Part shown: positions 55,148 through 64,000 of the stretch, one piece after another
How the letters are laid out: every line of letters begins with the position of its first letter
Numbering within the stretch: the first letter of the stretch is position 1
From: Gordius albopunctatus
Lineage: Eukaryota
Length of the DNA: 64,000 bases
Assembly (NCBI GenBank): GCA_964276515.1
Contig: OZ193910.1
Location: 7,378,001 to 7,442,000, forward strand
Reading direction: 5' to 3'
Made by a program: the position numbers and the translations under genes
Notes under the pieces: generated by a model
Databases searched by the model: none
Told to the model about the DNA's origin: nothing
The model's input: only the letters and a program-made list of their open reading frames with translations

Positions 55148-57839
55148 CGTGGGGGATGTTTGAGATTGAGAGAAATTAAAATTTAGGTGTACGTTTATAT
55201 TGTTTCAATATCGCTTTATAAGCGTGTCTCTAGTTTTAGTGAAACAAGCTCTATGCGATCGTGATTTAGAGTTAATAATTTTTGATGACTGATCAAAAAA
55301 ATGTTTTTAAAGGAATTAACATTTTTTACCGAAAACTTTCATGAGAGCTATATGGTTGAAGAAAAAATTGAAACAATTTTGAGGTCGAAAAAAATATTAT
55401 TTTTCATATTCTTTCGAAAGGGAGATGAAAAAATCTTTAAAAGTTAGTAAATATTCTTAGCATTTTGTCCTTGTTAGAATCTTGATAGGAATTTATGCGT
55501 GGGAGGATGTTTTAGATTGAGAGAAATTAAAATTTAGGTGTTGCGTTTAGATTGATTCAATTTCGCTTTATAAGCGTGTCTCTAGTTTTAGTGAAACAAG
55601 CTCTATGCGATCGTGATTTAGAGTTAATAATTTTTCATGACTGATCAAAAAAAATGTTTTTCAAGGAATTAACATTTTTTACCGAAAACTTTCATGAGAG
55701 CTATATGGTTGAAGAAAAAATTGAAACAATTTTGAGGTCGAAAAAAATATTATTTTTCATATTCTTTCGAAAGGGAGATGAAAAAATCTTTAAAAGTTAG
55801 TAAATATTCTTAGCATTTTGTCCTTGTTAGAATCTTGATAGGAATTTATGCGTGGGAGGATGTTTTAGATTGAGAGAAATTAAAATTTAGGTGTTGCGTT
55901 TATATTGTTTCAATATCGCTTTATAAGCGTGTCTCTAGTTTTAGTGAAACAAGGTCCATGCGATCGTGATTTAGAGTTAATAATTTTTGATGACTGATCA
56001 AAAAAATGTTTTTAAAGGAATTAACATTTTTTACCGAAAACTTTCATGAGAGCTATATGGTTGAACAAAAAAATTAAAAAAATTTTGAGGTCGAAAAAAA
56101 TATTATTTTTTATATTCTTTCGAATGGGAGATGAAAAAATCCTTAAAAGTTAGTAAATATTCTTAGCATTCTGTCCTTGTTAGAATCTTGAAAGGAATTT
56201 ATGCGTGGGAGGATGTTTTAGATTGAGAGAAATTAAAATTTAGGTGTTGCGTTTATATTGTTTCAATATCGCTTTATAAGCGTGTCTCTAGTTTTAGTGA
56301 AACAAGGTCCATGCGATCGTGATTTAGAGTTAATAATTTTTGATGACTGATCAAAAAAATGTTTTTAAAGGAATTAACATTTTTTACCGAAAACTTTCAT
56401 GAGAGCTATATGGTTGAACAAAAAAATTAAAAAAATTTTGAGGTCGAAAAAAATATTATTTTTTATATTCTTTCGAATGGGAGATGAAAAAATCCTTAAA
56501 AGTTAGTAAATATTCTTAGCATTCTGTCCTTGTTAGAATCTTGAAAGGAATTTTTGCGTGGGGGGATGTTTTAGATTGAGAGAAATTAAAATTTAGGTGT
56601 TGCGTTTATATTGTTTCAATATCGCTTTATAAGCGTGTCTCTAGTTTTAGTGAAACAAGCTCTATGCGATCGTGATTTAGAGTTAATAATTTTTGATGAC
56701 TGATCAAAAAAATGTTTTTAAAGGAATTCACCTCTTATACCGAAAACTTTCATGAGAGCTATATGGTTGAAAAAAAAAAATTAAAACAATTTTGAGGTCG
56801 AAAAAAATATTATTTTTCATATTCTTTCGAAAGGGAGATGAAAAAAGAATTTTTGCATGGGGGATGTTTGAGATTGAGAGAAATTAAAATTTTCGTGTTG
56901 CGTTTAGATTGTTTCAATATCGCTTTATAAGCGTGTTTCTAGTTTTAGTGAAACAGGCTCTATGCGATCGTGATTTAGAGTTAATAATTTTTGATGACTG
57001 ATCAAAAAAATATTTTTCAATGAATTCACCTCTTATACCGAAAACTTTCATAAGAGCTATATGGTTGAACAAAAAAATTGAAAAAATTTTGAGGTCGAAA
57101 AAAATATTATTTTTCATATTCTTTCGAAAGGGATGATGAAAAAACCTTTAAAAGTTAGTAAATACTCATAGAATTTTGTCCTTGTTAGAATCTTGATAGG
57201 AACTTTTGCGTGGGGTGATGTTTGAGATTGAGAGAAATTAAAATTTAGGTGTACGTTTATATTGTTTCAATATCGCTTTATAAGCGTGTCTCTAGTTTTA
57301 GTGAAACAAGCTCTATGCGATCGTGATTTAGAGTTAATAATTTTTGATGACTGATCAAAAAAATGTTTTTAAAGGAATTAACATTTTTTACCGAAAACTT
57401 TCATGAGAGCTATATGGTTGAAGAAAAAATTGAAACAATTTTGAGGTCGAAAAAAATATTATTTTTCATATTCTTTCGAAAGGGAGATGAAAAAATCTTT
57501 AAAAGTTAGTAAATATTCTTAGCATTTTGTCCTTGTTAGAATCTTGATAGGAATTTATGCGTGGGAGGATGTTTTAGATTGAGAGAAATTAAAATTTAGG
57601 TGTTGCGTTTAGATTGTTTCAATATCGCTTTATAAGCGTGTCTCTAGTTTTAGTGAAACAAGCTCTATGCGATCGTGATTTAGAGTTAATAATTTTTGAT
57701 GACTGATCAAAAAAATGTTTTTAAAGGAATTCACCTCTTATACCGAAAACTTTCATGAGAGCTATATGGTTGAACAAAAAAAATTAAAACAATTTTGAGG
57801 TCGAAAAAAATATTATTTTTCATATTCTTTCGAAAGGGA

Positions 57840-59830
57840 GATGAAAAAAGAATTTTTGCGTGGGGGATGTTTGAGATTGAGAGAAATTAAAATTTTCGTG
57901 TTGCGTTTAGATTGTTTCAATATCGCTTTATAAGCGTGTTTCTAGTTTTAGTGAAACAGGCTCTATGCGATCGTGATTTAGAGTTAATAATTTTTGATGA
58001 CTGATCAAAAAAATGTTTTTCAAGGAATTCACCTCTTATACCGAAAACTTTCATGAGAGCTATATGGTTGAAGAAAAAATTGAAACAATTTTGAGGTCGA
58101 AAAAAATATTATTTTTCATATTCTTTCGAAAGGGAGATGAAAAAATCTTTAAAAGTTAGTAAATATTCTTAGCATTTTGTCCTTGTTAGAATCTTGATAG
58201 GAATTTATGCGTGGGAGGATGTTTTAGATTGAGAGAAATTAAAATTTAGGTGTTGCGTTTAGATTGTTTCAATATCGCTTTATAAGCGTGTCTCTAGTTT
58301 TAGTGAAACAAGCTCTATGCGATCGTGATTTAGAGTTAATAATTTTTGATGACTGATCAAAAAAATGTTTTTAAAGGAATTCACCTCTTATACCGAAAAC
58401 TTTCATGAGAGCTATATGGTTGAACAAAAAAAATTAAAACAATTTTGAGGTCGAAAAAAATATTATTTTTCATATTCTTTCGAAAGGGAGATGAAAAAAG
58501 AATTTTTGCGTGGGGGATGTTTGAGATTGAGAGAAATTAAAATTTTCGTGTTGCGTTTAGATTGTTTCAATATCTCTTTATAAGCGTGTCTCTAGTTTTA
58601 GTGAAACAAGCTCCATGCGATCGTGATTTAGAGTTAATAATTTTTGATGACTGATCAAAAAAATGTTTTTCAAGGAATTCACCTCTTATACCGAAAACTT
58701 TCATGAGAGCTATATGGTTGAACAAAAAAAATTAAAACAATTTTGAGGTCGAAAAAAATATTATTTTTCATATTCTTTCGAAAGGGAGATGAAAAAATCT
58801 TTAAAAGTTAGTAAATATTCTTAGCATTTTGTCCTTGTTAGAATCTTGATAGGAATTTATGCGTGGGAGGATGTTTTAGATTGAGAGAAATTAAAATTTA
58901 GGTGTACGTTTATATTGTTTCAATATCGCTTTATAAGCGTGTCTCTAGTTTTAGTGAAACAAGCTCTATGCGATCGGATTTAGAGTTAATAATTTTTGAT
59001 GACTGATCAAAAAAATATTTTTAAAGGAATTCACCTCTTATACCGAAAACTTTCATGAGAGCTATATGGTTGAACAAAAAAAATTAAAACAATTTTGAGG
59101 TCGAAAAAAATATTATTTTTCATATTCTTTCGAAAGGGAGATGAAAAAAGAATTTTTGCGTGGGGGATGTTTGAGATTGAGAGAAATTAAAATTTTCGTG
59201 TTGCGTTTAGATTGTTTCAATATCGCTTTATAAGCGTGTTTCTAGTTTTAGTGAAACAGGCTCTATGCGATCGTGATTTAGAGTTAATAATTTTTGATGA
59301 CTGATCAAAAAAATATTTTTCAAGGAATTCACCTCTTATACCGAAAACTTTCATAAGAGCTATATGGTTGAACAAAAAAATTGAAAAAATTTTGAGGTCG
59401 AAAAAAATATTATTTTTCATATTCTTTCGAAAGGGATGATGAAAAAACCTTTAAAAGTTAGTAAATACTCATAGAATTTTGTCCTTGTTAGAATCTTGAT
59501 AGGAACTTTTGCGTGGGGTGATGTTTTAGATTGAGAGAAATTAAAATTTTCGTGTTGCGTTTAGATTGTTTCAATATCGCTTTATAAGCGTGTCTCTAGT
59601 TTTAGTGAAACAAGCTCCATGCGATCGTGATTTAGAGTTAATAATTTTTGATGACTGATCAAAAAAATATTTTTAAAGGAATTCACCTCTTATACCGAAA
59701 ACTTTCATGAGAGCTATATGGTTGAACAAAAAAAATTAAAACAATTTTGAGGTCGAAAAAAATATTATTTTTCATATTCTTTCGAAAGGGAGATGAAAAA
59801 AGAATTTTTGCGTGGGGGATGTTTGAGATT
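57840..59830 (+). repeat. Long-short 2-mer periodicity (~650 bp) x3
   Basis: ATGAAAAAAG deletion junctions start at 57841, 58491, 59141 and 59793. Confidence 0.85.
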
Positions 59831-62800
59831 GAGAGAAATTAAAATTTTCGTGTTGCGTTTAGATTGTTTCAATATCGCTTTATAAGCGTGTTTCTAGTTT
59901 TAGTGAAACAGGCTCTATGCGATCGTGATTTAGAGTTAATAATTTTTGATGACTGATCAAAAAAATATTTTTCAAGGAATTCACCTCTTATACCGAAAAC
60001 TTTCATAAGAGCTATATGGTTGAAGAAAAAATTGAAACAATTTTGAGGTCGAAAAAAATATTATTTTTCATATTCTTTCGAAAGGGAGATGAAAAAATCT
60101 TTAAAAGTTAGTAAATATTCTTAGCATTTTGTCCTTGTTAGAATCTTGATAGGAATTTATGCGTGGGAGGATGTTTTAGATTGAGAGAAATTAAAATTTA
60201 GGTGTTGCGTTTATATTGTTTCAATATCGCTTTATAAGCGTGTCTCTAGTTTTAGTGAAACAAGCTCTATGCGATCGTGATTTAGAGTTAATAATTTTTG
60301 ATGACTGATCAAAAAAATGTTTTTAAAGGAATTCACCTCTTATACCGAAAACTTTCATGAGAGCTATATGGTTGAACAAAAAAATTGAAAAAATTTTGAG
60401 GTCGAAAAAAATATTATTTTTCATATTCTTTCGAAAGGGATGATGAAAAAACCTTTAAAAGTTAGTAAATACTCATAGAATTTTGTCCTTGTTAGAATCT
60501 TGATAGGAACTTTTGCGTGGGGTGATGTTTGAGATTGAGAGAAATTAAAATTTAGGTGTACGTTTATATTGTTTCAATATCGCTTTATAAGCGTGTCTCT
60601 AGTTTTAGTGAAACAAGCTCTATGCGATCGTGATTTAGAGTTAATAATTTTTGATGACTGATCAAAAAAATGTTTTTAAAGGAATTAACATTTTTTACCG
60701 AAAACTTTCATGAGAGCTATATGGTTGAACAAAAAAATTAAAAAAATTTTGAGGTCGAAAAAAATATTATTTTTCATATTCTTTCGAAAGGGAGATGAAA
60801 AAATCTTTAAAAGTTAGTAAATATTCTTAGCATTTTGTCCTTGTTAGAATCTTGATAGGAATTTATGCGTGGGAGGATGTTTTAGATTGAGAGAAATTAA
60901 AATTTAGGTGTTGCGTTTATATTGTTTCAATATCGCTTTATAATCGTGTCTCTAGTTTTAGTGAAACAAGGTCCATGCGATCGTGATTTAGAGTTAATAA
61001 TTTTTGATGACTGATCAAAAAAATGTTTTTAAAGGAATTAACATTTTTTACCGAAAACTTTCATGAGAGCTATATGGTTGAACAAAAAAATTAAAAAAAT
61101 TTTGAGGTCGAAAAAAATATTATTTTTTATATTCTTTCGAATGGGAGATGAAAAAATCCTTAAAAGTTAGTAAATATTCTTAGCATTCTGTCCTTGTTAG
61201 AATCTTGAAAGGAATTTTTGCGTGGGGGGATGTTTTAGATTGAGAGAAATTAAAATTTTCGTGTTGCGTTTAGATTGTTTCAATATGGCTTTATAAGCGT
61301 GTCTCTAGTTTTAGTGAAACAGGCTCTATGCGATCGTGATTTAGAGTTAATAATTTTTGATGACTGATCAAAAAAAATGTTTTTCAAGGAATTAACATTT
61401 TTTACCGAAAACTTTCATGAGAGCTATATGGTTGAACAAAAAAATTGAAAAAATTTTGAGGTCGAAAAAAATATTATTTTTCATATTCATTCGAAAGCGA
61501 GATGAAAAAATCTTTAAAAGTTAGTAAATATTCTTAGCATTTTGTCCTTGTTAGAATCTTGATAGGAATTTATGCGTGGGAGGATGTTTTAGATTGAGAG
61601 AAATTAAAATTTAGGTGTTGCGTTTATATTGTTTCAATATCGCTTTATAAGCGTGTCTCTAGTTTTAGTGAAACAAGCTCTATGCGATCGTGATTTAGAG
61701 TTAATAATTTTTGATGACTGATCAAAAAAATGTTTTTAAAGGAATTCACCTCTTATACCGAAAACTTTCATGAGAGCTATATGGTTGAACAAAAAAAATT
61801 AAAACAATTTTGAGGTCGAAAAAAATATTATTTTTCATATTCTTTCGAAAGGGAGATGAAAAAAGAATTTTTGCGTGGGGGATGTTTGAGATTGAGAGAA
61901 ATTAAAATTTTCGTGTTGCGTTTAGATTGTTTCAATATCGCTTTATAAGCGTGTTTCTAGTTTTAGTGAAACAGGCTCTATGCGATCGTGATTTAGAGTT
62001 AATAATTTTTGATGACTGATCAAAAAAATATTTTTCAAGGAATTCACCTCTTATACCGAAAACTTTCATAAGAGCTATATGGTTGAACAAAAAAATTGAA
62101 AAAATTTTGAGGTCGAAAAAAATATTATTTTTCATATTCTTTCGAAAGGGATGATGAAAAAACCTTTAAAAGTTAGTAAATACTCATAGAATTTTGTCCT
62201 TGTTAGAATCTTGATAGGAACTTTTGCGTGGGGTGATGTTTTAGATTGAGAGAAATTAAAATTTTCGTGTTGCGTTTAGATTGTTTCAATATCGCTTTAT
62301 AAGCGTGTCTCTAGTTTTAGTGAAACAAGCTCCATGCGATCGTGATTTAGAGTTAATAATTTTTGATGACTGATCAAAAAAAATGTTTTTCAAGGAATTA
62401 ACATTTTTTACCGAAAACTTTCATGAGAGCTATATGGTTGAAGAAAAAATTGAAAAAATTATGAGGTCGAAAAAAATATTATTTTTCATATTCTTTCGAA
62501 AGGGAGATGAAAAAACCTTTAAAAGATAGTAAATACTCATAGAATTTTGTCCTTGTTTGAATCTTGATAGGAACTTTTGCGTGGGGTGATGTTTTAGATT
62601 GAGAGAAATTAAAATTTTCGTGCTGCGTTTAGATTGTTTCAATATCGCTTTATAAGTGTGTCTCTAGTTTTAGTGAAACAAGCTCCATGCGATCGTGATT
62701 TAGAGTTAATAATTTTTGATGACTGATCAAAAAAAATGTTTTTAAAGGAATTAACATTTTTTACCGAAAACTTTCATGAGAGCTATATGGTTGAACAAAA

Positions 62801-64000
62801 AAATTGAAAAAATTTTGAGGTCGAAAAAAATATTATTTTTCATATTCTTTCGAAAGGGATGATGAAAAAACCTTTAAAAGATAGTAAATACTCATAGAAT
62901 TTTGTCCTTGTTAGAATCTTGATAGGAACTTTTGCGTGGGGTGATGTTTTAGATTGAGAGAAATTAAAATTTTCGTGTTGCGTTTAGATTGTTTCAATAT
63001 CGCTTTATAAGCGTGTTTCTAGTTTTAGTGAAACAGGCTCTATGCGATCGTGATTTAGAGTTAATAATTTTTGATGACTGATCAAAAAAATATTTTTCAA
63101 GGAATTCACCTCTTATACCGAAAACTTTCATGAGAGCTATATGGTTGAACAAAAAAAATTAAAACAATTTTGAGGTCGAAAAAAATATTATTTTTCATAT
63201 TCTTTCGAAAGGGAGATGAAAAAATCTTTAAAAGTTAGTAAATATTCTTAGCATTTTGTCCTTGTTAGAATCTTGATAGGAATTTATGCGTGGGAGGATG
63301 TTTTAGATTGAGAGAAATTAAAATTTAGGTGTACGTTTATATTGTTTCAATATCGCTTTATAAGCGTGTCTCTAGTTTTAGTGAAACAAGCTCTATGCGA
63401 TCGTGATTTAGAGTTAATAATTTTTGATGACTGATCAAAAAAATATTTTTAAAGGAATTCACCTCTTATACCGAAAACTTTCATGAGAGCTATATGGTTG
63501 AACAAAAAAAATTAAAACAATTTTGAGGCCGAAAAAAATATTATTTTTCATATTCTTTCGAAAGGGAGATGAAAAAAGAATTTTTGCGTGGGGGATGTTT
63601 GAGATTGAGAGAAATTAAAATTTTCGTGTTGCGTTTAGATTGTTTCAATATCGCTTTATAAGCGTGTTTCTAGTTTTAGTGAAACAGGCTCTATGCGATC
63701 GTGATTTAGAGTTAATAATTTTTGATGACTGATCAAAAAAATATTTTTCAAGGAATTCACCTCTTATACCGAAAACTTTCATAAGAGCTATATGGTTGAA
63801 CAAAAAAATTGAAAAAATTTTGAGGTCGAAAAAAATATTATTTTTCATATTCTTTCGAAAGGGATGATGAAAAAACCTTTAAAAGTTAGTAAATACTCAT
63901 AGAATTTTGTCCTTGTTAGAATCTTGATAGGAACTTTTGCGTGGGGTGATGTTTTAGATTGAGAGAAATTAAAATTTTCGTGTTGCGTTTAGATTGTTTC

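Larger units (their letters stand above)
1..64000. repeat. AT-rich tandem satellite DNA array (~353-bp monomer plus ~297-bp deletion variant), running off both window ends; probably eukaryotic (peri)centromeric heterochromatin
   Basis: Landmarks such as GCGATCGTGATTTAGAGTTAATAATTTTT and GAGATTGAGAGAAATTAAAATTT/TAGATTGAGAGAAATTAAAATTT recur throughout in the same orientation. The repeat-derived ORFs are spaced 353 (6460->6813), 354 (36669->37023) and 297 (31299->31596) apart. No non-repeat sequence was seen. The centromeric assignment is inference from architecture only. Confidence 0.99.

Noticed and set aside
62430..62642. 70-aa minus-strand ORF
   Set aside because: A by-product of private substitutions in one diverged monomer.
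4043..63848. About 41 copies of a 67-aa minus-strand ORF (MKNNIFFDLKIFSIF...)
   Set aside because: It is open only in monomers that happen to carry the 7-A and CACCTCTTA alleles. About three quarters of monomers break it by frameshift or stop. The F/K/I/N-rich composition reflects AT-rich DNA, with no recognisable domain and no sign of coding constraint.
1..64000. CRISPR array or other repeat-spacer/cassette system
   Set aside because: There are no unique spacers, as the entire unit is repeated, and there are no cas, integrase or recombinase genes.
1..64000. Drosophila 1.688 (353/356/359-bp) or Tribolium TCAST (~360-bp) satellite identity
   Set aside because: Only the length and AT-richness are similar. 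I do not see the 1.688 sequence as I recall it, and I cannot support any family assignment without a search.
1..64000. Tandem 5S rRNA, tRNA, snRNA or spliced-leader gene array
   Set aside because: No recognisable 5S, tRNA, snRNA or SL sequence, and no conserved-gene/variable-spacer partition. An Rfam/Infernal search would confirm this.
1..64000. Inversions or transposon insertions within the array
   Set aside because: None seen on reading. All monomers appear to be in the same orientation and contiguous.

Overview
The whole 64 kb window is one uninterrupted, head-to-tail, single-orientation satellite DNA array, about 29% GC by hand count of one monomer. I see no genes, RNA genes, transposon insertions, CRISPR spacers or unique sequence. 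It has two length classes: a full monomer of about 353 bp (352-355) and a short monomer of about 297 bp carrying one shared 55-bp internal deletion. I count about 48 short copies among roughly 189 monomers. Monomers are mosaics of a few recurrent allele blocks and are organised into variable higher-order repeats (HORs): 2-mer about 650 bp, 3-mer 1003-1005, 5-mer 1768, 7-mer 2359, 9-mer 3068 and 15-mer 5022, plus dispersed multi-kb block copies at offsets of 6790, 11507 and 12756. All ORFs in the track are artefacts of the repeat. The architecture resembles a eukaryotic centromeric or pericentromeric satellite (inference only). I cannot name the family or species, and I found no protein-coding 'system'. 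The interesting content is structural: a dyad-rich monomer, a deletion that abuts the main hairpin, a possible ancient ~177-bp dimer origin, and the HOR and recombination history.
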